A DNA stretch of 63,170 nt, counting the filler, from Sphacelaria rigidula (taxonomy: Eukaryota): NCBI GenBank assembly GCA_964200075.2. It is 5 parts of 5 records of this genome, joined end to end, with 100 filler letters (N's around TTAATTAATTAA, not from the genome) between each part and the next. Parts side by side here need not be neighbours in the genome. Positions count along the whole stretch, not along the records: positions 37,965 to 50,517 come from CAXNAA020003638.1; positions 50,618 to 63,170 come from CAXNAA020003639.1; 3 more parts are not named here. One strand, given 5' to 3'. Positions 47,617-59,865 of this stretch are shown in pieces. Numbering within the stretch: position 1 is the first letter of the stretch; the number at the start of each line of letters is the position of its first letter. Below the pieces are notes generated by a model, which was given only the letters and a program-made list of their open reading frames with translations, was not told the DNA's origin and ran no database searches. Made by a program: the position numbers and the translations under genes.

Positions 47617-50033
47617 TTGGAGTGCTGGAGGAAGCTCGGCGTTTTCCAGCGGCAACTCCACACATGTACCCACCGTGGTACCTTGTTTTGAAGCGTATTT
47701 TTTTCGCTTCTGGCTCGCATGGAATCGCCCAGCATCCGTCATTACAGCGAGGTTAGTGCTGTTCCTGTTCCCGCACCCTAGACCACCAATAGATCAGATG
47801 TAACGTTTCGCGTGTTCTCCGTGGTATTCTGAGGTGCATCACAAATACAGCAAGTGGTGAAAACATTGCTTACCTTGGCCGTCTGACTCATGAGTTCAAC
47901 CAGCAGGTCCACGCTCTGTCCCGGGGAGAGAGTCCCGGTGGATGGCGTGATGGTCAGTTCCCGCTTCCTGAATGTTCCGTCCTGCGACAAGTTGAGGAAC
48001 AGTGCAGCGAGCGTTTATCGGCGTTCTGCGTGGGCCAAACTGCTACCCCATCGTCCGTAGACACGGACAAACAAAGCTCTGGCTCGGGAGCATCATCTAG
48101 TGTGGTGTTCTTGAAATTTCCATGAATCTGAGGCGTTCGAGCCATGTCGGACTTGGCTTGTCGGCGACAAAGCGTAAGACGAATGTATCGCGGCAACCAT
48201 AACTCAGGCGGTAGTTGCGCATGTGTCGACGTTCGCTCCGTCGGGCAAAAAACGCCTGAGCCCAAGTTTCACCCAAAGAAAAACATCAAAAGAGGTTACA
48301 CTATAGCCGACTAAGATGTACCGTTTGGCGACTGAGGCTTGGGGGCAAGCGGTACGCAAGTGCGGCATAACCTGAACCAAAGGATGACGTGCTTTATTCC
48401 AATTTTCCTTTTGTGGCATGTCTACTCTGTCCTTCAAATGTCCCGCTTTCGATGCTAAGGACATCTTCAGTCCGCGGCAACAAGTTGAGCATATATGCCA
48501 ACATCTATCTGCTGGGCATATCGTATGAGTTCCCTGGTCGTTGGGCACGAATATGCCACCTACACATTTCACGCACGCAAATCCCAGCGACATATCTGGG
48601 ACAGTTCGAGTGCATGAATCGCACCTGAGGCACTCTCACACGCCAGGTCATCGAGATATCCGACGTGTTGATCAGGGATATTGTCGCGCTCACGGGGCAG
48701 TCGTAACTGACCTCTCCAAAATCTACTTCCTCGACGTCGAAGTGGAACGTCGGACCGATCTGCATTTTGTGTGTAGTGAGGTTACTGGTTAACCACGGGA
48801 TGGATCTTCGACGTTCAACGTCTTTGTCCGGAATGAAATCAACCCGAGGATGTATCCCCACACTGTCACAGTTATTGCCGGTGTGTCAGCAGCCAACATC
48901 AGCTTCATGAAATTATCATTTGCGTACGTAGGCATGGTTAAAACGTCGAAGTGGATCGACGGGGCGATCTGCGGTACCTCCGCAGCAAAAGTTGCATATT
49001 ATCGCAGACACTTCCGATTTTGAACGCAAGATTTTTCGTAATCGTGGAAAGAGCACCAATATTGCGTGCAATCGAAACAATCTACACGACCGTTGGTGCT
49101 GCTACTAGCGCGCTATTGTAAACGCAAAAGCAGAAAGGCGCGGACTGTAGCGAATGCTGCACGCGTGCCAGGTAATATACTAGGGGAACCCTGTAAGCAA
49201 AACTAAAGTCCGGGAGGCCTTTTCGAGAGTTTCGACGGCTCCGACGTGGGTACACATTACACAGCTCGGTCTACCCGAGAGAAACGAATGTGCTATGGGC
49301 GAGAAATTTGCGGAAGCCCCAGCACGTTATACCCCTTCCGCTGCTATGCTACTACTCGATAGCATCAAGGACTCGTAAACTTCGTGTTGTGCGGCGCTCA
49401 CGGTCTACAAATCCGCATGTACGTACCACGTGTCCCTTGAACTGGCACGACACGGGCTCCTCATTTCCCCGGAGAAGGAAGCAGAACGATTCCGAGAACT
49501 CTCCCAGGATGTCTGATTCAAATTCCATCTTCAACGTCACGCTGGCGGGTTAAACGCACAAATGACGGGGAAAAGGAGACTCGTCAACTGTATCCATACG
49601 CTGGCTGCAGTTTTGGAGTGCATTGCAGAATTCTGATAATTATATATAATATCTCAGACCCCTGAATCAAATCGCACCTCGAATGTCACCCGTTTGCGGG
49701 GAAATTATGAACACACGAAAATGGAGTTAACTCTTCGACCGCCAGGGCGTCATATGGGTGTTGTACTCATTTTTCAAGTGATAAAATATGCCGAGTGAAA
49801 AAAGACCCACCCCGGCGATCAGGGGGTGCAGGCTCAAACGTGCTGAATTCATGAGAATCATGAGGTGCCAACCAAATACCCAACCAATGAGACGGAAAGA
49901 GTCACGGCGAGTACCTGTCTTTGACGTCCAGAGTGCCGTGCGTCGGACCGAAGTGGAACTTGCGAGCGAACGGAGTGTGCGGAGCTTGTAGCGTCCAATC
50001 TGCTGGGATGTCTCCCCTGTTCATCAGTGTCAC
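38447..50033 (-). CDS. HYDIN: Hydrocephalus-inducing protein homolog (axonemal central-pair protein with ASH-domain repeats); 15 internal exons, partial at both ends
   Basis: Phase-compatible exons 50033-49915, 49541-49427, 48759-48625, 47981-47874, 46853-46773, 46489-46304, 45526-45437, 44492-44259, 42378-42248, 41720-41621, 41159-40965, 40344-40210, 39881-39717, 38871-38792, 38579-38447. They give HYDIN-typical peptides in order: ILGEFSESF..GHV|IGPTFHFDVEEVDFGEVSY..LINTSDI; TANLDDT..ARGTG; LENKGRRQQ|ALKW; YRDHPQKD..GEVAFPNLDF. Confidence 0.92.
39935..40007 (+). repeat. Short tandem repeat, ~17-bp unit x4 (GGGACGTACGTT)
   Basis: cgggacgtacgttgttacgggacgtacgttgcacgggacgtacgttattacggggggggtacgttgttccg in a HYDIN intron. 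Confidence 0.8.
41205..41310 (-). repeat. Truncated copy of the ~500-bp dispersed repeat
   Basis: gtagtcatgatcttgcataccatagtc...ccaggacggagcacgccgggttttcgc matches 44690-44790. Confidence 0.7.
44688..45191 (-). repeat. Full-length copy of the ~500-bp dispersed repeat
   Basis: Reverse complement of 19282-19785 along its whole length. Confidence 0.8.
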
Positions 50034-50517
50034 CTGTTCAACGTGCAACATATTATATGCTCGAAACTATATAAATATTCGAAGAGCAGGCATCAGAACA
50101 GCTTGTCTGAGTAGACAGACACACAACCAACGTTCTGAGCACATAAGACAAAGAAGCGAGCTCTACGGAATGTCGCAAGCAGGTGTACCTTTCGCGTCCT
50201 CCATAAATTCCGCGTCCCTACCGCACCTCGGGAGCGTCTGTGAGACATTCAGATGTTCTTCTTTCTTCGGCCGGATTTCCGCTGCCTTTGGTGCATCGAA
50301 GTGTGTCCTCTTCTTCGTTTGACTCTAACGCCAGCCGTATGTACCGCATTGCAGCAGTACAAATCGCGGACAGCACCTACCGCTCTGGTATTCACCACGG
50401 GGAGATATACCGCCTACTTTTTCTTCTCTTTTTTTTTCTTTTTTCCTCACACTTTGAACCCTTCCCCCTTCCTCGGGATGAGTCCGTGGTCTCAAGGGAT
50501 CAACCCCCCTCTGCGCC

Positions 50518-50617
50518 NNNNNNNNNNNNNNNNNNNNNNNNNNNNNNNNNNNNNNNNNNNNTTAATTAATTAANNNNNNNNNNNNNNNNNNNNNNNNNNN
50601 NNNNNNNNNNNNNNNNN
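50518..50617. other. Artificial contig linker
   Basis: N44-TTAATTAATTAA-N44. Confidence 0.97.
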
Positions 50618-51533
50618 GCCAATCTCTCGAGAGTTTGGTAATCACCAAGCGGGGACACACAACGGGCACGGGCGAGGAGCTTCCTCTCTGTCGTTGCTTT
50701 TCTCTCTGGTGATATCGTCATCGATACGCGTGTACACCGCATTTCGTTGGGTGCACCTAGCCGATTCAGCAGGTGACCTACTCTCGCGGTCTGACGGTCA
50801 AGTCCTCCTCCGGAGTTTGGGGGGAGATGATACTTTCGCTCTATGTCACTCTTTCGTATCTTCCCCGCAATAGAGAAATGCGACTTCAGCCCCATTTTAG
50901 TGTTGAACCCCAAAATTTTAAATCGGCTGTTATTACAAGATTCGGTAGAGAGGCGCCAGCGCACAAACGGCACACATTAATCGTTTGGAGAACGTCTTCC
51001 TCATCTACTGACGTCAACAAGGCTCCGAATCACCCATTTCGTTTGGATTTCTGTTTTTTTTGCCTGACGAGGGGGGGGGGACCGAGGAACCGAGGAAAAG
51101 TTTTGGCTTTTGTTTTCTATTATTCTTCATTATTTTTAATTTTTTCATGTATAAGATTCAGAAATCCCTCCCTTCCCCCCACGAAAACACACAGGATTAA
51201 AAAAATCCGTATAGGGCCTCGCATTTTGTTTTTGGGCACTTCTGACCTGCCCCACTTTTTGTATTCATTATGCCCTAGCGAGGTTCCAAACAAATTTCAA
51301 TACACAAACACCAAACGTAGGCCCGTGCGCGGCCTCCCAAACACTATTCCGAATTTATACCGGCCCGGGTTTTGCACGGCCCATTCGCCATTCAAAATTC
51401 AGAGTTAAACCCTGAAATTTGGTATGGACAATGAATAGGGCATAATAAAAAGCTATCTTGGCGTTCCCCGAGATTCTTTTTTTCATGAGTTAACCCTTTT
51501 GGGACCGACCCCCCACTAACACAGGGTCAACCC

Positions 51534-52244
51534 TGTGGTGAGCCAAGCTCTAGGAGGCTTTTTGGTTTTGAACTGAACCAGTTCTAGTTTGAAAATACGA
51601 AGTATGCATCGGGGAATCAGGATAAAATATGATAAAATAATCCTTGTCCGGGGTACCAAGAAGGTTTTTGTGGCGTTTGAAGGCTTAGCGGACATTATTC
51701 CGCCTACGGGCAATAAGCACTCTGACGAATTCTATGTTGAAGTGGTAAAAGTAAGAAAAACTTGCGTTCCGGATCGGAAGGTCAGAGCAGAAGGGGTACC
51801 TTGAAGAGTAGTTTCACAAAATAGGGCGTTTCTGAATCTACTTTTGGATTTCGTACAGCATAAACCAGCTGTCATTTATGTTTGACGACTCAAGAGTGGG
51901 TTCTTTCATCACAGGTTAGGTGGGCAAGTAGATTGAAGAGACACCGAGGTGAAGACCAAAAGGATTTCTGTCTTCACCCTCGCGAGTCACTCTTTTTTTT
52001 ACGGTCTGTAGTTTCTGATTTGAAGATTGGTTTTGGGTGCATTTGTGGTATTATTATAGTGCGGCGATATCGGGACGTCACCAGTAATATACTCAAAGAA
52101 GACTCAAGAAGCATATTTTCTCATTCTTGGCATATCAGTGCCCGCATCTCTTTTGGATTGTGTGTGAGCAAGACAAGACGGCTGACCTTCATAAAAACAG
52201 TTGAGCCTACATTTGGGAATAGAGTAAAGGCTTCTCCCACGACA
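51534..52244 (+). repeat. 5' LTR (711 bp)
   Basis: TGTGGTGAG...CCCACGACA. About 20 substitutions and 2 indels versus the 3' LTR by manual count (~97% identity). Confidence 0.95.
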
Positions 52245-52245
52245 C

Positions 52246-52260
52246 TGGCGATCGACGGTA
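52246..52260 (+). promoter_or_regulatory. Primer-binding site
   Basis: TGGCGATCGACGG begins 1 nt after the 5' LTR; TGG is complementary to tRNA CCA. Cognate tRNA not assigned. Confidence 0.65.
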
Positions 52261-53982
52261 CTCTGTGGAGGAGGTTCAGCACGGTCTGCGCAACACAGGT
52301 TTTCAGTTCGACACTCTGACTACCGAAATGTCCGGGAAGAGCGATCGCTCCGTGTATTATGTGCGAAATACCAAGGGTGTCCGGACAAGGTCACAACGTA
52401 GGGCAGATGAATTGGCACGTGATACGACCTGGACTGTTGCGGCTGGTACACATGTGTCGGATGTATCAGAAACAAGTGAAAGACGAAATGAGGAGTCAGT
52501 TGAAAGCGTGTCGGGCTCAGGACGAGGCTTTCAGCAATTTTAGGTAAAAATACTGGGGGGGGACCGAAGCATTACCGAAAAATCTTCGGCGCTTCACCCT
52601 CATCGGGAAGATGACAGGACGGAAGTACAGAGTAATTCGCTAATGAATGATGAAAACAACTCGCGTCGTGCATCAGATGTAGAACCAGTGTTTATCCCTG
52701 TAGGGGGTCAAAGCCCTACCGATGAAACAACGTCGGCGCTTCATGACTCCAACACAGACGACATGAAATGTGTTGAGAGCCTGACTGTAGCAGGGGCAAA
52801 AATTCACATTACAAATGTTGTGGACAGAGAGGGACAAAAGCGGTCCGTAGAAACGCCATGTGTCCCAGCCTCTGTGATCCTGACAGTGACGTGCCCACTG
52901 TGCCAAGCCATGATATTGAAACTTCACAACTGCCCAGTGCTGTGTATGACACGCTGGTGGGTAGCAACGTGAGGGCGTCCACGGATCGAAATGAAATGCT
53001 TGCTGGTAGTAGAGTTAAATCATCTGGTGATGTGAACAACATGCTTGCTGATAGCAATTTGCAGTCGCCCGCGAACACAAACGACATAGTTGTGGGTGAT
53101 CAGGCAAAATGTGATGATGCCGAAATGATAGAAGGTACCCCGGTACCACTGTCCAGAGTTCATGATAAACAGGAGGGAACCGACGAGCAGAGCCGAGAAA
53201 CAGGTTCAAACTCAAGAGAGCCTCAGAGTGATTCAGTATCCCACCTCCCCACGTCAAGGATAGCGCAAGGTAGTAGAAAATTGACTGCATCGGGAGTAGT
53301 TCAACAGATCGTGATACTCCACAAAACGGAGGCACAACTACGATCGATCCTGTCTGACATTGAGAGTAGCGATTGTAGCATGGCACGTTCGAGTTAAGAA
53401 CCGAGGAGATTTATTAGAACGCAGGAGGCAGATGCTGCTTCAGTACAAACAGAACAAACAAACCGGACAGATCAAGGTTTTCAGCCGGTCGGTTGTTTTT
53501 CGTTGCCCCCACAACACCGTGAAATGTCACCAGAACCGTTAATGACCATGTGTGCTACCTCCGTTGATGGTACTGTACATGCCTCTGCAGACACTGATAC
53601 TTGCACGATCTTTGACGGCAAATCGTCGAACTCGTCGGTGGTCGGACTGCCGGCGGTGATGGTTCCAAGCACCACGCGCCCCGAGGAGGCTCTTTCCGCC
53701 AGCCCAGCAAACACGATGACTACTCCGGCTGCGACGGCCATCGAGGTAACGAAACCGTGTATGGTGGTGGCAAATAAGTGTGCACTTTTTGAAAACACCT
53801 TTGCAAGGGTTGACAAACCTCGTGCAGTAGTGTTTGATGTGGTGGAACATGTCCGTCAACTTTTGGACTCTTTGTCGCATGCGGATAGATGCCGAGTATT
53901 GGGATGAGGAGGTCGCTCATGCAAGACGGTCGCTGCGCCGGGGGGGGTCTATACCCCCATTCCGTCGGTTCTGACGAGATCC

Positions 53983-55368
53983 ATGTTGGCTAATGAAGAA
54001 AACAGAGGGGGTAAATCCATCCTCGGCACAACGGCTGCTGTAGCTAGAGTTGAAAAAAGGCACGCGACTTGCGCCGAGCGGTCGGGGCGGTCAAATCCTT
54101 CAAGTAGTCCGTCCTGCCTGAACGGTCAGGACACGGACGGAGACGAGACTCTCGCTTGGGTGTTGCATAATGCTGAACTCCGTGTGGCGGCTCGTAGGAG
54201 CAGACAGTTAGCAGCGACAGGAAAGAAGGATGAAGCCCTGGCTAAACGTCTTTGTGAAATTCCAGCTGTTGAAACGGCTCGGGTAGCTAACCCCGCTGAG
54301 CCTGTCCCAGGAGTGAAACAGGAGGCTGACAGAGAGTGGCAGTTGGTAGGAAAGGCATCGTGGTCACATTCGCAGGCAGTGAAGTCAACACCCGCTGCAG
54401 CCAGCAAACCAATTCCTGTGTTTTTGCCTCCAACGTTTGCGTCACCCGAATCCCTGGCTCGTACTGCAAGACGCGAGTTGCGTGCAGGCGGATACGAATT
54501 CCGTGCGGCTAAAGGTGGCGGGAGGACTGGCAGGGGGTCGGAAGGATCTTTAACACGGGGCCGCCGAGGTCAAAGTCGGGTGCACCCTTGTGGGAGTGGC
54601 CTTAATAAAACAAGGTACGACTCGGAAAAAGCTGGTGTCATGGGTTTGTTGGTAAATTTTATGGTGAAACCGGAAACCACGTTTGCAACATATTCATCGG
54701 GGTTGAGACTGTTGGTGGCGACTGTGCAAAGTGTTGGTCGAGAATTGGCCCCGGGAAATGACTCAGTCCAGTCAGCGGTGAAAAATGGCATTGGTGATCA
54801 ATTCCTCAATATTAGTGCACAGGCTTTTGCGGGTAGACACCATCAACCTCTCCCCTTCAAGGATGTTGAACAAATGATGAAAGCTCTTCGAGATTTTGAT
54901 ACAAATACCTCGGTGGCTGTAGCAGCAAAGCGTTTCGGCACAGGTAGCCTCGGTGGTGTAACAACCAGGTCCAGACACTTTGCCAAAGCGTTGCATAGCA
55001 AAAATTTCGGGGGTTTCATGGGCATTGATGAGGTGTACCATGAGGAAGACCTAGAGATGCAGTACGTAAACTCCATCGGTCAGAAAAATAATCACCGTTT
55101 TGGGAGGAAGGGTAAAGACCCCCCCTTTTACGAGCCTTTCCAATCTCGCGAAGCAAAGGATGCAGCGCGTAAAGCCTTCGGCCCTTTCTGTCTAAATTGC
55201 GGCAGCTCTGAACATCTTCTGGCTCGAGACTGTCCTCAAGAATTTATGAACAAATCAGGCATAATCAACCATGAGATCGGAGAAGGATCCCCACAAGATA
55301 TCTCGGAAAAATGGAGACGATGGCAGCACCGTCTGTGTGCGTACCATAGAAATAGAAACAAACAGTGA
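53983..55368 (+). CDS. gag: Gag-like ORF (C-terminal part) with zinc knuckle
   Basis: 461-aa ORF upstream of pol with CLNCGSSEHLLARDC. Broken ORFs at 52643-53907 are probably its frameshifted N-terminus. Confidence 0.7.
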   Translation: MLANEENRGGKSILGTTAAVARVEKRHATCAERSGRSNPSSSPSCLNGQDTDGDETLAWVLHNAELRVAARRSRQLAATGKKDEALAKRLCEIPAVETARVANPAEPVPGVKQEADREWQLVGKASWSHSQAVKSTPAAASKPIPVFLPPTFASPESLARTARRELRAGGYEFRAAKGGGRTGRGSEGSLTRGRRGQSRVHPCGSGLNKTRYDSEKAGVMGLLVNFMVKPETTFATYSSGLRLLVATVQSVGRELAPGNDSVQSAVKNGIGDQFLNISAQAFAGRHHQPLPFKDVEQMMKALRDFDTNTSVAVAAKRFGTGSLGGVTTRSRHFAKALHSKNFGGFMGIDEVYHEEDLEMQYVNSIGQKNNHRFGRKGKDPPFYEPFQSREAKDAARKAFGPFCLNCGSSEHLLARDCPQEFMNKSGIINHEIGEGSPQDISEKWRRWQHRLCAYHRNRNKQ

Positions 55369-55509
55369 AGGTGCGACGATGAAACTCGGGCCGGTTCATC
55401 GATAGCACTTCAGCCTGTATTAAGTATCGGAGGACCTGTCCCTCCTGCAGAAACTGCAAATACTAATGTCGACATTGAGTCTAGTCCGCTCAGTCCAACT
55501 CGCTCATCA

Positions 55510-57855
55510 TTGCATGGGACGACTACGAGTTGGGGGAACGGGGAATTAACATTCCCACCGGGTAAGAATTGTGGTGCCGATGGAACAATGAAATCTAACG
55601 TAAGGACTGATCATCCGAAGGAAGGAAATTCGGATGTTGAAAAGTCATCACAATCCTGTACAGATCAGAATGTCACCCAATCTACAGGCACTTTATTGCA
55701 GACGGGGGCAAGAGGGGCCTTAGCGTGGAAATCTTGTACGACATTTCAGTCTGGCCGTCGGAATAGTGCATCAGCTGGGGGTCGCTTCCTTAGTTGCGCA
55801 CAAATTCTAAGCGATGTCTTACGTGAAAAGGAAACATCGAGTGCAAAGGCACACAACCGAGATGAATCATGCCAACCGTCGGTTGTAGCCAGGGTTTTGG
55901 ATGGACCCGATGCGATTGTACAGTCGCAAGGTAATGAGCACCCAGTAGAAAAAATAGTCATCCAGGGTGAGGCAGGTGAACCGCGTGCTCGAGTTAGCAC
56001 TGAACGTAGCCCTCGATATCCACTTGGACCGGGGAAAACACGCAGAGATCACATCGCTGCAGGTTCTACCGTGCGAGATGAAACGACCCGCATCGGCAGG
56101 AACAACAGAAGTAGTAGGAACTTGGTTGGTCGAAGTAACATTACTCCCGCTGAAACTAAATCTTCGATTGATCACGGCAAGTCTGCCCGCAACATTTGGG
56201 ATAATAGTAATGCTGCGGTAGGGGAACAAAATAATTTTCCCGCCGAGATTTCCACTGGGCATGAAAAAACAAAACGCACCAGTTCGACAATCAGTAGCAT
56301 TGAAGTGGGTGAAGATGAAATTTCTCCGACCAGAGATCACGATGTTCGTAGCTTCACAGCTCACAACAGTCGGGGCAACAGTAATGAGAATCAGGAGGGA
56401 TCAAGCGTCGCTGGTCCTACTCTCGATCTAGCAACCGTACACGAAAGTGGATCATCTGACAATAGTAAAGATGTGCAGGCATGCATGACTATTGATTTCC
56501 CCGATAGAACCGTTGGAGAATCCCAGGATACTTCACGACAAACAGATCGTGATGAATCTTCGTGTTACGTAGTGCGTAGGGTAGATGTAGAAAAAGGTGA
56601 CGAACCAAGTAGAGCGCCCGCACAAAGTATATATGCGTTGGACCCCAGAACTGGCAATCGTCTGCCTCCGGGACCCGTTTCCGCCCGCGTACCCGCGACC
56701 ATCGCTAGTCAGGTAGCGCGAGGAAGGACAGGTCGATACTTGGAAGAAATTAGCCAAGTCAGGGGTGGGGAAGTGAGTTTAAACCGGAAAGAAAGTTCGA
56801 CCTTGGCGCAAATATTTTCTGGCCCAAAGGCAACTAGAACCTTGGAGGTTAAGGCTTTGGTGGACACAGGGAGCCCGGCGACATTTATTCATGACTCAAT
56901 ATGGAAAAATGTTGGGGCAGCCAATATTGAAGGTGTCCGAGAGAAAGAGCCTGTATCCTGGGGTGGTTTTAATGGTGTCCCGTTGTGTACCTCTTCACAG
57001 GTGCGGTTGAATATCAGACTGTGGCCTAGAAGACCCAACCCAAGGATGTCAGTTCAGAACGGACGAGCATGTTAAGCAATTTACGCCCATGTTGCACCTG
57101 ATGGAACAATGAATTATGACATTCTAGTAGGACGTGATGGCCTTGGATTATTTCCGGTCAGAACGTATCGTGATGTAAACCGACGCGAAACAGTCATGAC
57201 CTTGCAAGGAAACAACATTGACTCTGGTAATCGTGTGTTTGCGGAACAAGTCCGCAATGCTGTTGGTTTCGTTGAACCGACATCTTCAACAGCTCAAGTT
57301 ACAGTAGTGTATGGGTCTCATGATATGATATGACCGGATACATTGTCATGGGTTCCGGTAAAACTATGTAACACGGACGGAACGCCCACCAAAAGTGGCT
57401 GTTATTATGTATCTCTGGATCCAGATTGGTCCCCACATGAGATTATCGTAGAAACAGGTGAATCCATTATCCCTCTCCGTCATATCGGTTTAGAAGGACA
57501 GATGTTGCATCCGAATACCACTCTAGGTTCAGCAGGGGCACCTTTGGTACGATGCTCTCTGAAAGATGTTGAGATTTCTGAAACAAAGAATCTGAAACCT
57601 GAGGAGATATTCACGGTTGACGAACATTTAGAGGAACCTCCGGTTATGGCAGGTTTGACAAATGAACAACAACGAGCATTCAACGATATGTGGGTGAAGC
57701 TTCCCGTACATATGAGAAAAATAAAGTTCGGGTTGGAAGGCGCACATTGGCCAGTGGAGGACATTGAAAAATTGGGGGAACTTTTGTGCAAATATTCACA
57801 TCGATTTTCAAAGGACAAGATGAATTTGGGGGTATTGCACGGTGGATCCGTTTAG
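55510..57855 (+). pseudogene. pol: Pol N-terminal region with aspartic protease, disrupted
   Basis: ALVDTGSPATFI at ~56853-56888 and YDILVGRD at ~57115. In-frame stops at 57073 and 57331. Confidence 0.8.
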
Positions 57856-59302
57856 GATTAAACTCAAACCGGGGACAAGGCTTGTTAAACAGCGCCCATA
57901 TCGTCACAACCCGGCGGTTCAAAAGAAGGTACACGTGGAAATTGACCGCATGCTCGCAGCAGGTATTTTACGGAGATCATATTCCAACTGGAGTAGTCCG
58001 CTCGTGGTTGTGAACAAGGCGGACGGTTCCATTCGAATTACGTGCGACTACAAGAAGCTGAATGACAGCACTATAATTCCGGTGTTGCCCATTCCGATTA
58101 TTGAGGAACTGTTGGATAAATTGGGTGGTGCCGAAATATTTTCATGTTCGGACATCACGTCAGGTTATTTTAACGTGGCTATACATCAAGACTCAATCAT
58201 GTCGACGGCGATTTGCACACAGAGTGGTCTCTATGAGTGGTTAGTTATGCCAATAGGGTGCAGTGGTAGTCCAGGCTGGTTCCAGGCCATCATGGCAAGA
58301 ATATGTGACGGGTTGGAACGATGCCTTCTATATATTGACGATGTGTGTACGTTCAGCGGATCAGGCAAACAACATGTAGATGACTTGAAGGGTCTATTTC
58401 AACGACTGACCAAGTACAACCTCAAGTTGGCACCGAAAAAAGCACATGTCGGGATGAAAGAAACACAAGTTCCGGGACATCACATATCGGCTGAGGGAAT
58501 TTCTCCTGATCAGGTCAAGGTACAGGCTCCAATCAAGATGCCAATGCCAGCCGATGTATCCCAGCTCAGATCGCTACTGGGAGGTTTGGGGTACTACCGT
58601 AAGTTTATCCCTCGAATGGCTGTGAGACTCAAACCTCTAACGAGATTGAAGAAAGGGGTTCAATTTCAGTTTACTCAGGAACACGAATCAATAGCCAAGA
58701 AGATGTTATCATCCTTGACCGGTAAGAATGTTCTAGCATTTCCAAATTATAAAGATGCAGCATTGGGGAAACGCCCCTTTATGCTCACCACGGATGCATC
58801 TCTGGATGGTCTAGGTGCGGTGGTGGAACAACGACAAGAGGATAACACAGTTCGACCTCATATTTTCCTTAGTCGAGGAACACTACCCAACGAGAGAAAT
58901 TGGAGTGTGTCCGAACTAGAGGCAGCGGCTATTGTGTGGGCAATCAAAAAGAACAGACCACTATTCTACGGAGTGCCGTTTGAAATCTATACTGATCACC
59001 AACCTTTGCGAATTTTATTGAGCCTTGCAGAGAAATTAATGGTGTGTCATCTATACTTTTGTCTATCCCTGATCGACTTTTGAATAATTCTTGGCCATAT
59101 TCCACCCGCGCCAACAAAATAGACATCCATGTCTTTCGGGTCCGTTATTCGGGCGTCCCCAGACACATCATCATCATCAAGCGGCTGTGGTAAACGAGAC
59201 AACATATCCGCATTTGCGTTCACGCGTCCTGGCTTGTACTTAATTGTATAAGTGTACGCACTTGAAAAGTCGTGCCATCGCTGAACCCTCGTTTGTGGTA
59301 AA
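57842..59302 (+). pseudogene. pol: Reverse transcriptase and RNase H; RNase H C-terminus inverted
   Basis: SNWSSPLVVV, RITCDYKKLN, YEWLVMPIG, LYIDDV, TTDAS, ELEAAAIVWA, YTDHQPL. RVQRW..YTIKYKPG..NANADMLSR lies on the minus strand at 59053-59302. Confidence 0.92.
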
Positions 59303-59865
59303 AGATGACACACCATTAATTTCTCCACACATTAGTGACATGGTCAGAAGACAATGGGAACAGGGATTAATTTTGGATGCATGCCCGATCACGGAAATTA
59401 GGAGAAGACTACTGCAACCTCAAGAACATAAAGCCGTGTTAGTCATTGAACCCATGACCAATGAAGGAAGTAGTAGTGCGGGACCATTAACAACGGTACA
59501 ACCGACTCTCGAAGCAGAGGGAGCTTGTAACTTTGGGGAACGGTTATGCCAGAAATCGGCATATGACTGGGCACAGATACAGCAGGAAGATCTCACGTCG
59601 AGAACAGTCATTGAATACTTGAAGAAACAAGTGACGGTGTTGACTAAGGATAAAAAAAGGGGGTTCCCACACGAATTGACCTATCCGGGTTTAAAAGGTT
59701 ACTGAAACAAGGAACACTTTTGTAGGTCTCGAACGGTGGATTATTATTAGTAAAAAAACAGACACCAATGCCCAGTCAGCTGGACCGAAATCCGGGACAG
59801 CTCGCGAGGTTTTAGGTGAAGAGCCAACCAGAACGTATGTGCCACTGCTTTTGAGACCTTGAGTA

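Noticed and set aside
9003..50033. Rab, E3 ligase and HYDIN as a ciliary or trafficking gene cluster
   Set aside because: The genes are on different, artificially joined contigs.
51516..52319. Duplicated short ORFs here and at 62121-62919
   Set aside because: They are simply the two LTR copies; there is no coding evidence.
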